64,000 nt of DNA from Polyangiales bacterium. GTDB lineage: Bacteria; Myxococcota_A; Polyangia; Polyangiales; Ga0077539. Below, one piece after another: positions 1 through 9,223 of this stretch. The notes below the pieces were generated by a model. It did not search any database and was not told the origin of the DNA. It saw nothing but the letters and a program-made list of their open reading frames with translations. Location of the stretch: contig JBGARZ010000007.1 in NCBI GenBank assembly GCA_044229975.1, positions 367,796 through 431,795 on the forward strand. The letters are read 5' to 3'. Both the position numbers and the translations under genes were made by a program. Every line of letters begins with the position of its first letter. Within the stretch, counting starts at the first letter, position 1.

Positions 1-51
1 GACCACGTGGCCGAGCGCCTGCGCGCGACGCTCGGTGGAGTCGACGGCTAG
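1..51 (+). CDS. 3' end of a gene entering from the left (partial, ...DHVAERLRATLGGVDG*)
   Basis: Frame 1 is open with GC3-rich codons up to TAG at 49-51; too short to assign a function. Confidence 0.55.
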   Translation, partial: DHVAERLRATLGGVDG

Positions 52-222
52 TGTCGCATCGCAAAAGTTCTGACGGGTTGTAGGCCGCAAGGGCGCAAGG
101 GTCGCAAGGATGAGATGAGATGAGATGAGGTGTTGGTGAGTCGCTCTGTTCGTTCATCCCTTGCGACCCTGGCGCCCTTGCGGCCTCTCCAACCCGTCAG
201 AACTCTTGCGACGCGACACCAG
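48..222. repeat. Large palindromic intergenic element (MITE/REPIN-like, family A, copy 1)
   Basis: Arms of about 62-66 bp (52-113 and 154-219) are near-perfect reverse complements; begins at CTAG; (GATGA)4 tract at the arm/loop junction; second copy at 63895. Confidence 0.85.
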
Positions 223-242
223 CTACGCCGGCCCTCTCCGTC

Positions 243-1196
243 TCAGTCGGTGAGGGTGACCACGACCTTGCCGCGGGTGCGCCCCGCGGCGTTGGCCCGG
301 TGCGCGTCGCTCATCCGCTCCAGGGGATAGGTCTCGTCGACGTGCGCCCGCAGCTTGCCCGCAGCGAAGAGCGCGTCGAGTGAGCGCAGGTCGTCGGCCG
401 ACGGGCGCAGCAGCACTCCGCGCACCCGGCGTCGGAAGGTGAGCGTGTAGAAGAGCTGCCACGCGAAGGTTCCGCCCCGCGGGACGCAGCTCGCGTACAC
501 CCCGCGCGCCGTGAGCCACGGCGTGAACCGCGACGTCGGAACGCCCCCCACGCAGTCGAGGATGACGTCGTAGTCGCCGCCCGCGTTGAAGTCGTTGGTC
601 TTCGCGTAGTCGACGACGTCGTTCGCGCCGAGCGACTCGACCAGCGCCGCGTTGCGCGCGGAGCACACGCCCGTGACGTGCGCGCCCGCGGCCCGCGCGA
701 TCTGCACCGCGAAGTGCCCGACGCCACCCGACGCGCCGACCACCAGCACCCGGTAGCCCTCGGCGCCGGTCTTCGGCAGCCGCGCCTCACGATGCAGGCC
801 CTGCCACGCCGTGAGCCCCGCGAGCGGGAGCGCCGCGGCCTGCGCGTAGCTCATGTCGGCGGGCATCGCCGCGACGGCCCGCGGGGAGACGGCGACGTAC
901 TCGGCCGCCGCGCCGCTGATGATGGAGGGGAGCCGCGAGTGCACGCGCGCTCCGACGGCGAAGTCGCCCGCCGCGGTGACGACCTCGCCTGCGATGTCGA
1001 AGCCAACCACGAGCGGCAGGCGCGGTCGCACGATGTTGAAGGGGAAGGCGCCGTTGACCATCTTCCAGTCCACCGGGTTGACGCTGGTGGCGTGCACCTT
1101 CACCAGCAGCTCGCCCGCGCGCGCCACGGTCGTCGGCACCTCGACCACCTCGATGTTCTCGGGACCACCGTACTGCCGATACCGTGCGACCTTCAT
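243..1196 (-). CDS. NAD(P)-dependent MDR-family oxidoreductase (quinone oxidoreductase-like)
   Basis: VKVHATSVNPVDWK, GFDIAGEV, GASGGVGHFAVQIA Rossmann motif, C-terminal RTRGKVVV. Confidence 0.92.
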   Translation of the reverse strand: MKVARYRQYGGPENIEVVEVPTTVARAGELLVKVHATSVNPVDWKMVNGAFPFNIVRPRLPLVVGFDIAGEVVTAAGDFAVGARVHSRLPSIISGAAAEYVAVSPRAVAAMPADMSYAQAAALPLAGLTAWQGLHREARLPKTGAEGYRVLVVGASGGVGHFAVQIARAAGAHVTGVCSARNAALVESLGANDVVDYAKTNDFNAGGDYDVILDCVGGVPTSRFTPWLTARGVYASCVPRGGTFAWQLFYTLTFRRRVRGVLLRPSADDLRSLDALFAAGKLRAHVDETYPLERMSDAHRANAAGRTRGKVVVTLTD

Positions 1197-1305
1197 GGCG
1201 TCGCGACGCTACACCGCCCCGATTCCATTCACCCTCTGCCCGGTGGGTGTGACCGCCCCCCGTGGTTGAGAGCCCCGGCGCCCGATCGCCCCTCCGCCCA
1301 TCCCC

Positions 1306-1782
1306 GTGTACGCTGACCTCCTCGAACTCGTCGTCGCGCTCGACCGCATCCCGCAGAACCCCCGCTACCACCCCGAAGGCGACGCCCTCTTCCACTCATT
1401 GCAGGTCTTCCAGCACGCCCGCCGCGAATCCACGGACCCCGCGCTCCACGCCGCGGCCCTCCTGCACGACGTCGGCAAGGCCCTCGGCTCGGCCGACCAC
1501 GACGCCGAGGGCGCCGACCTCCTCGATGGCCTCGTCGCGCCTCGCATCGTCTGGCTCGTCCGCCACCACCTCGACCTGCTCCGCGAGCCCGGCGCCACCC
1601 GTCGTCGCCTCCACGACACCACCCTCCTCCGCGACCTCGAACACCTCCGCCGCTGGGACCTCGCCGGCCGCTCACCGCGCGCCGCCGTGTGCTCCCCCGA
1701 AGAAGCCGTGACCTTCATCACCCGCCACCCCGCCCTCGTCGGCCCCGACGCCCCCCATGGAAAGGAACCTCTCCCCCGCTGA
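1306..1782 (+). CDS. HD-domain phosphohydrolase, similar to the HD domain of CCA-adding enzymes
   Basis: YHPEGDALFHSLQV, AALLHDVGK, DHDAEGA, VRHH and RWDLAGR give a complete H..HD..D metal set; GTG start uncertain. Confidence 0.85.
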   Translation: MYADLLELVVALDRIPQNPRYHPEGDALFHSLQVFQHARRESTDPALHAAALLHDVGKALGSADHDAEGADLLDGLVAPRIVWLVRHHLDLLREPGATRRRLHDTTLLRDLEHLRRWDLAGRSPRAAVCSPEEAVTFITRHPALVGPDAPHGKEPLPR

Positions 1783-2107
1783 CCCCGCGCGCCTCCGCCT
1801 GCGCGCCACGCTCGACCACGTCCCGAGCACCGCCGCGCTGTGGGGCACCTCTGATGACGTCCGCGACGACAACCACGACGAGCGCTGCGACGCCGTCCGT
1901 CGCGCCGTCGACGCCGTGTTGACTGCGCGCCAGCGCGAGATCGTCGAGTGGCACTTCTTCGAGGGCGTCTCGCAGGGCGACATCGCGCGCCGCCTCGGCG
2001 TGACCCAGCAGGTGGTCCAGAAGTCCCTCTACGGGGTCAACCGTCGCGGTCGTCGCATCGGCGGCGCGCTCGGCCGACTGCGAGACGCGCTCGCGTCGCG
2101 GGTGTAG
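1757..2107 (+). CDS. Small sigma-70 region 4 helix-turn-helix protein
   Basis: LTARQREIVEWHFFEGVSQGDIARRLGVTQQVVQKSL; no region 2 visible; overlaps the upstream gene by 26 nt. Confidence 0.8.
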   Translation: MERNLSPADPARLRLRATLDHVPSTAALWGTSDDVRDDNHDERCDAVRRAVDAVLTARQREIVEWHFFEGVSQGDIARRLGVTQQVVQKSLYGVNRRGRRIGGALGRLRDALASRV

Positions 2108-2111
2108 CCCG

Positions 2112-2945
2112 ATGGCGCGCATGGGACCGGGTGGGCTGCGCGGGGCGATCGCCGCCGAGGCCGCGCGGCTGATGTACGAGGAGGGCGTGAAGCAGTACTT
2201 CACGGCCAAGCGTCTGGCGTCCAAGCGGATGTTCGGTCGCGTGGGCGGTCGTCGCATGCGCTACCGCCCGCAGGACCTCCCCTCCAACGGCGAGATCCGC
2301 GACGCGCTCCTCATCCTCGCGGAGTACGCCGAGGGCGACGGTCGCACGCGGCGTCTCTTCGCGATGCGCGTCGTGGCGCTGCGGGCGATGCGCGCGCTGG
2401 AGGACTTTTCGCCACGGCTCATCGGCAGCGTGAGCACCGGGCACATCCGCCGCGGGAGCGACATCGACCTGCACGTCTTCTCCGACGACGAGGACGCGCT
2501 CATCGACCACCTGAAGACCCTCGGGTGGCGGTGGGAGACCGAGCGCGTGACGATCCTGAAGTTCGGGGAGATTCGCGAGTACCTGCATGTCCACGTGCGC
2601 GACGACTTCGAGCTGGAGCTCACCGTCTACGACCGCCGCGAGCTGCGCTTCCGCCCGCGCAGCAGCACCGACGGCAAGCCCATCGTGCGGGTGAAGAGCG
2701 CCGCGCTGGAGTCGCTGCTCGCCGCCGAACACGCCGACGCGTGGAAGCAGTACCTCGCCGACGGAATCATCCCGGGCCTCGATGCTGGAGACGACGAAGA
2801 CGGCGACGGCATGCGCGACCTCTCCCAGTGGGACGGCCTGCTCACCGACGACGACGACGACGACCCGGACATGGCGCCGCTGCCCGAGGAGCTCGCGATG
2901 GACGACGGCGAGTACGACCCGCTGCCGGGCTTCGAAGCGGTGTGA
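2112..2945 (+). CDS. DNA polymerase beta-like nucleotidyltransferase domain protein with acidic tail
   Basis: LIGSVSTGHIRRGSDIDLHVF (GS...DxD motif); N-terminal AEAARLMYEEG..YFTAK..LPSNGEI helical region; D-rich C-terminus. Confidence 0.85.
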   Translation: MARMGPGGLRGAIAAEAARLMYEEGVKQYFTAKRLASKRMFGRVGGRRMRYRPQDLPSNGEIRDALLILAEYAEGDGRTRRLFAMRVVALRAMRALEDFSPRLIGSVSTGHIRRGSDIDLHVFSDDEDALIDHLKTLGWRWETERVTILKFGEIREYLHVHVRDDFELELTVYDRRELRFRPRSSTDGKPIVRVKSAALESLLAAEHADAWKQYLADGIIPGLDAGDDEDGDGMRDLSQWDGLLTDDDDDDPDMAPLPEELAMDDGEYDPLPGFEAV

Positions 2946-2988
2946 GACTCTTGGCCGGGGTTCGGGCGTTGACCCTCACCACCGGTCT

Positions 2989-4290
2989 CTACCGCTCCAC
3001 CCGCAGCGTGTACCCGCCGAAGTTGGCCCACGGCCCGTGCGTCATCGCGCGCAGCGTGTAGCGACCCGCCCGCGGCGCCACGAAGCGCACCCGGCTCGAC
3101 CGCCCGCCCGCGCCGTCGTCGTCGTCCGCCAGCACCCGCGCGCCGTCGAGCACCCGCAGGTCGACGTCCATCGATCGGCACATGATCGCCTCTACCGCGT
3201 GCCCCATCAGCGACAGCGTCACCGCCTCGCCCGCCCCGAGCTCCACCCCGTAGTCGTCGAAAAACGACCCGTCGTGCATGCGCCCGTCGCTCGCGCTGAT
3301 CGCTCCCTCCACCGACTCGCCCACCCGCACCATCCGCGTCGGCGCGCCCACCGCGGGCTCTGGTGTCTTCGGGTCGTCGCCGACGTTTCGTCTCGGCAAG
3401 CCCAAGCCCAACAACACCTTGTCGAGGTACGCCGCGCCCATCCCGATGTGCTCGCAGTCCACCGTCGCGAAGACCGCGCGGTGGGTCCGCACGGCCTCGG
3501 TGATGGACGTCGCGGGCTGCTCCACCAGCGCGTCGCCCATGGTCGGCCGCAGCATCGTGAGCAGCGTCTCGACGTGCGGCGCCGTGAAGGGCAACCCCTC
3601 GTGCAGACACACCAGCCGTCGCGGATGGGCCGCGTCGCCACCGGTGATCCAGCGCGCGAAGGTCGGCTCCTGCGCGTAGAGCGCGTCGAAGAGCACCACG
3701 TTGCGAACGCGCCCGTCGAGGTCGTCGCGCTCCAACAGGTCGGCGATGGACGGACCACCTCCGCTCGACCCCACCAGCGTCACCGTCTCCACGTCGGCCA
3801 GCGTGTGCCGGCCCAATCGCGGCGCGAGCGTCTGCTCCAGCAGCTCCGTCACGAAGCGACGAAACCCACCCGGCGCCAGCCAGCGGCCCAGGCGCGGGTG
3901 ACCCAGCCGGTCGTCGAGCTGCGGTGCGATGAGCAGCGTGCGTGTCCCCGCGAGGTCGTGGCGTTGCTGTCCGCCCCAGCTATCGAGCGGGCGACCCGTC
4001 CGCGGGTCGAGCAGACCGGAGCCCGCCCACCGCAGCGCCGAGTGACCCAGGCCGTGCAACACGATCACCAGATGCAACGGCGCGCTCGCGTCGTAGTCGG
4101 GCGGCGCGTGGACGATGACGTCGTTCATCGGCGCGAGGTCGGGGACGACGGCGCTGCGCACGTTGAACGCCGCGCTCCACTCTGCCGAGCGAACAGGCGC
4201 GTGCGACCGGCTGTCGGCGTGCGCGGACTTGCGACGGCAGCCCGAGGCGACGACGGCAAGCGTGGCGAGCAGGAGGAGGGCGGAGCGCAC
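2989..4290 (-). CDS. Lipoprotein with alpha/beta-hydrolase-like domain and C-terminal PPC-like domain
   Basis: Lipobox ASGC; VIVLHG, LVGSSGGG elbow, LFDALY; C-terminal LADDDDGAGGRSSRVRF..GRYTLRA..GYTLRV. Confidence 0.65.
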   Translation of the reverse strand: MRSALLLLATLAVVASGCRRKSAHADSRSHAPVRSAEWSAAFNVRSAVVPDLAPMNDVIVHAPPDYDASAPLHLVIVLHGLGHSALRWAGSGLLDPRTGRPLDSWGGQQRHDLAGTRTLLIAPQLDDRLGHPRLGRWLAPGGFRRFVTELLEQTLAPRLGRHTLADVETVTLVGSSGGGPSIADLLERDDLDGRVRNVVLFDALYAQEPTFARWITGGDAAHPRRLVCLHEGLPFTAPHVETLLTMLRPTMGDALVEQPATSITEAVRTHRAVFATVDCEHIGMGAAYLDKVLLGLGLPRRNVGDDPKTPEPAVGAPTRMVRVGESVEGAISASDGRMHDGSFFDDYGVELGAGEAVTLSLMGHAVEAIMCRSMDVDLRVLDGARVLADDDDGAGGRSSRVRFVAPRAGRYTLRAMTHGPWANFGGYTLRVER

Positions 4291-4327
4291 GGCGGCGCAA
4301 CCTATACAAGACCACCCCGCGGATCGA

Positions 4328-4837
4328 CTACCCCGCCGCCATCTCCACCAGCTTCGCGACGGTGTTCATGTTGCGCGCGGTGCCCACCTTCGCGCCCGGA
4401 ACCTTCAGCTTCGACTGACCCATCCCGTTGGCGTAGTGCACGTAGATCTCGCGCTTCCCCACCGCGAGCTCTTCGCCATCCGGCGCGACCACGCCCTCCA
4501 GCACATCCTCCGCTGGCGCTTCGTCGAGGAACATCACGTACGTGTGACTGGGCTTCCCCTTCGGGTACGGATTGCCCGCCAGCACGGCGGCCATCTCCGC
4601 TGCGGTGCGCACCATCACGCCGACGGGCTTGCCCATCTTCGCGGCGAGCGCCTTCTCCAGCGCAGCCTTCACCTTCGCCTCGGAGCCTTTGCTCTCCAGC
4701 ACGAGGTTGCCGCTCTGGATATAGGTTCGGGCGCCCTTGAACCCGAGCGCTTCGCACAGGTCGCGAAGCTCGCTCATGGGGAGGGCGCCCGTTCCACCGA
4801 CGTTGACGGCGCGTAGCAGCGCGATGAAGGCGGTCAT
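4328..4837 (-). CDS. DUF1697 family protein
   Basis: FIALLRAVNVGG, TYIQSGNLV, GTARNMNTVAKL. Confidence 0.9.
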   Translation of the reverse strand: MTAFIALLRAVNVGGTGALPMSELRDLCEALGFKGARTYIQSGNLVLESKGSEAKVKAALEKALAAKMGKPVGVMVRTAAEMAAVLAGNPYPKGKPSHTYVMFLDEAPAEDVLEGVVAPDGEELAVGKREIYVHYANGMGQSKLKVPGAKVGTARNMNTVAKLVEMAAG

Positions 4838-4865
4838 GGTCTCGCGACCATAGACCAGTGCGCGC

Positions 4866-5012
4866 CTACAGGCGGCCGGTGAAGAACAACACCGCGAGGA
4901 TGATCAGCAGGATGCCCGCCGGGCCCATGCCCACCGCGCCGAAGCGCGAGTAGCCCCAACCGCCGCCGCCGAGAGCGAGAACCAGAAGAACGATGATGAG
5001 GATGGTGAGCAT
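4866..5012 (-). CDS. 48-aa small membrane protein, DUF3309-like (absent from the ORF track)
   Basis: Hand translation MLTILIIVLLVLALGGGGWGYSRFGAVGMGPAGILLIILAVLFFTGRL; GGAGG RBS just upstream of the ATG. Confidence 0.85.
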   Translation of the reverse strand: MLTILIIVLLVLALGGGGWGYSRFGAVGMGPAGILLIILAVLFFTGRL

Positions 5013-5184
5013 GGGAGACCTCCGCCGATGCAATGAGTCGTGGTTTGAGCAGGCAATGTGCCTGACGACTCATTGAGCATCGGTCGTGCCGCGCAGCGCT
5101 TCTGCCGGGTTCTCTACGGAGTCGCGACACGGCCACAGCGTCGACGCGAGCGCGTGCGCCCACTGTGGCTGTCTTGCGTGAGCG

Positions 5185-8100
5185 CTACGGCATCACGACT
5201 TCGGCTGCGCGCGGCGTGTTGCCGGTGACGTTCGCGGCGAGCAGCGCGCCGTTGCCCGTCCAGCCCCAGCACATCGCGCGTCCGCCCGATCGCTCCAGCG
5301 CGCAGGGCGTCCCGTAGCCGCGACCGAGACGGATCATCGAAAACGCCCGCGAGATGTTCACGTACGACGCCACGGTGAAGCCGATGGAGCCGTCGCCGAT
5401 CTGCCCGAACTCGTTGCGGCCGCGGCAGTACGTCTGCCCGTCCGTCCTGATCTCGCACTCGGTGTCGATCGGCTCGCCGAACACCTGCGTCCGCGTGTTG
5501 AACACCACGTCCGCCAGCGCGGGCTGCACCGTCGCGCGCGCCTGCCAGGTCCAGCCCCAGCCCAGCGTGCTCGCGAGCGAGGTCTGCCCGTACGTGCGGA
5601 AGTGGTCGGTGTGCACGTTGGTGAAGCCCGTCGCCGAGATGAGCATCGTCGCCGTCGCCGACGCGCTCTGCACCGGAAACGGAATCGATCGGTTGGTCCT
5701 GAACCCGTCGCCGAGCTCGGTCTCCAGGTTGCGCCCCCAGCAGTGAACCTCCGTGTTGGCCAGCCGCACGCAGTGCGTGTCCGACCCGATGCTGAACTGC
5801 ACCGCCGTCGTCACGCCCATCACCGGCACCGGGACGTTGCTGTCGATCATCGTCCCGTTGCCCAGGTTGCCGTAGTAGTTGCGCCCCCAGCAGCGCATCT
5901 GCCCCGAGGTCAGCCGCGCGCACGTCGTGTAGTCCGCCGCGTGGATCTCCACCACGTCGGTGAGCCCCACCACCGGCACCGGCAGCGAGCGGTTGGTGTT
6001 GCTCATGTCACCGAGCTGCCCGAACACGTTGCTGCCCCAGCACACCACCGTCCCGCCGCGTCGCAGCGCGCACGCGTGCTGCCAGCCCACCGCGATCTGC
6101 GTCGCGTCCGTGAGCCCCGTCACCGGCACCGGCGTCGGACCCGGCGTCGTGTTGCCGCGTCCGAGCTGCCCCGCCTCGTTGCCGTTCACCCGGTTGCCCC
6201 AGCAGAACACCCGGCCGTCCATGTGCAGCGCGCACTTCCACTGCGCCGTCGCCATCAGCGCGCTGTTGATCGCCTGCCCCACCTCGATCTGCGTGAGCCC
6301 CGTGAGGTCGCTCCCGCTGTACTGGATCGGCTGCGGACGCGGAACCGACTCCGTCCCGCCGCCCGCCTCTCCAAACGGGTTGTTGCCCCAGCAGAACACC
6401 CGGCGATCGACCCCCACCACGCACGAGTGGTGATCGTACGCCGCCAGACGAAATGCCTCCGACGCGATGCCCGGCACCGCCGTCGCCGTCGCGCGGTTGG
6501 TCGTCGTCCCATCCCCCAACTGCGCCAGCGCGTTGTCGCCCCAGCAGCGAACCGTTCCGTCGGTGGCGATCGCGCACACGTGACGGAGACCCGCGCGAAT
6601 CGTCCGCGCCGCCGTGAGCCCGGTCACCGCCACCGGGACATTGCGCGCCGTCGTCGTGGTGTCCCCGAGCTGCCCCTCGGCGTTGCGTCCCCAGCACACC
6701 ACGGCCCCGCTCGTGCGCCGCGCGCAGGCGAAGTCCCGACCCGCCGTGAGCTCCTCGGCGTCCGTCAGCCCGCGCACCACCACCGGGACGAGCGCGCTGT
6801 TGACCGACGCGCCGTTGCCGAGCTGACCCGAGGTGCCCGTCCCCCAGCACTGCACGGTGCGATCGGCGAAGCGCGCGCACGTAAACGTCCCGCCCGTGCG
6901 CACCTCCACCGCCCGTGCTCCGAGCGTCACCGCCGGCAGCAGCGCGGGCGCCGTCACCAGTCGTGCGAGACCGTCCCAGCAGTACACCTGCCCGTCGACG
7001 CCGAGCCCGCAGAAGTTGGTCTCGCGCCCGGAGATCTGCGTCACGTTGGGCAGGCCCGCGACCACGCCCATCGCCTGCCCGAAGCCCCAGCAGCGCACCG
7101 AGCCGTCGACGAGCCGCGCGCACCCGCGGTTGGAACCCATCGCCACCTGCTGGATGCCCTCCACCGGAACGCCCGCCGGGTCGAGCAACTGCACCGGCGT
7201 CGCGCGGTGCCCGTACGCCCCGCCCGCGGAGGTGAGCATCCCGTTGGCGAAGGTGCTGTTCTGCGCGTGCAATCCCCAGCAGAACACCCGCCCGCTCGTG
7301 TACCGCACGCAGTTGTTGGCGGTTCCGGCTTCGATGTTGTCGACGCGCGCGCAGGCGCCCTCGAAGCAGCCCGTCGGGCACACGTTGCCGCACGCTCCGC
7401 AGTTGTTGGGGTCGCGCGACAGCTCGGCGCACTCCGCGCCGCACACCACCTGCGGCGCCCGGCACGTCAGCGTGCAGCGACCCGCCATGCACTGCTCGCC
7501 TGCGCCGCAGGTGTTGCCGCACGCGCCGCAGTGCTGCCCGCTCGTCGCGAGGTCGAAGCAGTTGCCCGAGCAGAGCGTCTGTCCCGCCACGCAGGCCACG
7601 CGGCATGCGCCCGCTACGCAGGCGTTGCCGGTGGGGCAGACGGTTCCGCAGGCGCCGCAGTTGTTGGGGTCGGTCTGCGTGTTGGTGCAGCCGCCCGCGC
7701 AGGTGACCTGGCCCGTCGAGCACGTCGCCACGCAGCGACCATCGCCGCACAGCGCGCCGCCGGTGCACACGTTGCCGCACGATCCGCAGTTGTTGCGATC
7801 GTTGTCGAGCACGACGCAGCGCCCCGAGCAGGTCTCCTGCCCATCGGGGCAGGGGATGTAACAACGGCCCATGGCGCAGCGCAGGCCGGGGAAGCACGCG
7901 TTGCCGCACATCCCGCAGTGGTTGGTGGCCGTGGCAAGGTCGGTCTCGCAGCCGGTGTCATCGGCGCCGTCGCAGTTGCCGAAGCCCGTCGTGCAGCTCG
8001 CCACGACGCACGCGCCCATGCGGCACGCGGCCGCGCCGTTGACGGGCATCGGGCAGGCGTTGCCGCACGCGCCGCAGCTCCCGAGGGTGGTGTTGAGGTC

Positions 8101-9030
8101 GGTCTCGCAGCCGTTGCTCGGGTCGCCGTCGCAGTCGCCGAAGCCGGTGGTGCACGCGTAGCCGCAGACGCTCGCGGTGCAGGTCGGCGTGGCGTTGGCG
8201 GCGCCCGGGCAGGCGCGCGCGCAGCCGCCGCAGTTGGCGGGATCGGAGCGCGTGTCGAGCTCGCAGCCGTTGGCCTGCGCGCCGTCGCAGTCGCCGTAAC
8301 CTTCGCTGCAACGGGCGATGGCGCAGGCGCCGGCGCGGCACTCGGGGGTGCTGTTGGGGGCCGAGCACACGCGACCGCAGCCGCCGCAGTGGGCCGTGTT
8401 GGTGCGCGTGTCGACGCAGCCGAGGTCGCAGCAGGTGTCGGTGTTGGGGCAGCTCGTGACGGCGCAGCCGAACGCGCACATGTTGCCGCGGCAGACGCTC
8501 CCGCTGGGGCAGTGGGCGTCCATGGTGCAGCGGACGCACGCGTGGACGGACGTCTCGCAATAACTGAACGCCACCCCGCCATCGCCCGTCGCCGTGGTGC
8601 AGCCCTCGTCGCTGCGGCAGCCTGCGACGCAGGTGTTGGTGACGGTGTCGCAGTGCTGCGTGGCGGGGCACGCGTCGTCGACGAGGCACTGCACGCAGCG
8701 ACCGGTGAGTCGGTTACATACGCGCCCGCCGGGGTCGGTGGTGCAGTCGGCGTCGCCGGTGCAGCCCATCGGGACATCGGCGGGGACGTCGACGGGCGTG
8801 TCGGTGGGCGCATCGCCGGGCGCATCGACAGAAGGAGCGTCGACGGTGTCCATGGTGGAGATGTCGACGGGGAGATCGAAGGTGGGGAGGACGAGGTCGT
8901 CGGTGGCAGAGGCATCGAGCGCGGCGTCGGCCCCAGTGGCGTTGTCGGGACCACCGACGACGGACTGACCGAGACAGCCAGCGACGGAGAGCGTCGCGGC
9001 GAGCAGGAGCGAGACGGTTGCGAGCCTCAT
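5185..9030 (-). CDS. Lipoprotein with Cys-rich repeat stalk and RCC1/BLIP-II-like repeat head
   Basis: Lipobox VAGC; D/P-rich linker; 8 CGxC modules; repeated VxCWGxNxxGQLGDG. Confidence 0.9.
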   Translation of the reverse strand: MRLATVSLLLAATLSVAGCLGQSVVGGPDNATGADAALDASATDDLVLPTFDLPVDISTMDTVDAPSVDAPGDAPTDTPVDVPADVPMGCTGDADCTTDPGGRVCNRLTGRCVQCLVDDACPATQHCDTVTNTCVAGCRSDEGCTTATGDGGVAFSYCETSVHACVRCTMDAHCPSGSVCRGNMCAFGCAVTSCPNTDTCCDLGCVDTRTNTAHCGGCGRVCSAPNSTPECRAGACAIARCSEGYGDCDGAQANGCELDTRSDPANCGGCARACPGAANATPTCTASVCGYACTTGFGDCDGDPSNGCETDLNTTLGSCGACGNACPMPVNGAAACRMGACVVASCTTGFGNCDGADDTGCETDLATATNHCGMCGNACFPGLRCAMGRCYIPCPDGQETCSGRCVVLDNDRNNCGSCGNVCTGGALCGDGRCVATCSTGQVTCAGGCTNTQTDPNNCGACGTVCPTGNACVAGACRVACVAGQTLCSGNCFDLATSGQHCGACGNTCGAGEQCMAGRCTLTCRAPQVVCGAECAELSRDPNNCGACGNVCPTGCFEGACARVDNIEAGTANNCVRYTSGRVFCWGLHAQNSTFANGMLTSAGGAYGHRATPVQLLDPAGVPVEGIQQVAMGSNRGCARLVDGSVRCWGFGQAMGVVAGLPNVTQISGRETNFCGLGVDGQVYCWDGLARLVTAPALLPAVTLGARAVEVRTGGTFTCARFADRTVQCWGTGTSGQLGNGASVNSALVPVVVRGLTDAEELTAGRDFACARRTSGAVVCWGRNAEGQLGDTTTTARNVPVAVTGLTAARTIRAGLRHVCAIATDGTVRCWGDNALAQLGDGTTTNRATATAVPGIASEAFRLAAYDHHSCVVGVDRRVFCWGNNPFGEAGGGTESVPRPQPIQYSGSDLTGLTQIEVGQAINSALMATAQWKCALHMDGRVFCWGNRVNGNEAGQLGRGNTTPGPTPVPVTGLTDATQIAVGWQHACALRRGGTVVCWGSNVFGQLGDMSNTNRSLPVPVVGLTDVVEIHAADYTTCARLTSGQMRCWGRNYYGNLGNGTMIDSNVPVPVMGVTTAVQFSIGSDTHCVRLANTEVHCWGRNLETELGDGFRTNRSIPFPVQSASATATMLISATGFTNVHTDHFRTYGQTSLASTLGWGWTWQARATVQPALADVVFNTRTQVFGEPIDTECEIRTDGQTYCRGRNEFGQIGDGSIGFTVASYVNISRAFSMIRLGRGYGTPCALERSGGRAMCWGWTGNGALLAANVTGNTPRAAEVVMP

Positions 9031-9080
9031 CGACGAACCTCCACAGGCGGGGATGCCGCAGGGTATCGGAGGACGAGGCA

Positions 9081-9161
9081 GGGGACGGTTTCAACTTTTC
9101 AACTTGTTGCAAAGGCCGTTGTCGGCTGCGAGCGACAAGTTGAAAAGCTGAAACCGTCCCC
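9081..9161. repeat. Palindromic intergenic element (family B)
   Basis: GGGGACGGTTTCAACTTTTCAACTTGTTGC (9081-9110) and GCGACAAGTTGAAAAGCTGAAACCGTCCCC (9132-9161) form a 30-bp inverted repeat with 2 mismatches. Confidence 0.8.
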
Positions 9162-9223
9162 ACCCGTCGCTCCCCAGGCTGCTGCTAGCGGTCATTGGGG
9201 AAGGGCGGTACCCATCCGTCCCC

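Noticed and set aside
1249..1305. In-frame TGA (1267-1269) upstream of the HD gene, giving MTAPRG*EPRRP..., as possible selenocysteine readthrough or a tRNA-like RNA
   Set aside because: The downstream hairpin (GGCG/CGCC) is weak and lacks clear SECIS features, there is no redox motif, and no cloverleaf can be drawn; homolog alignment would be needed
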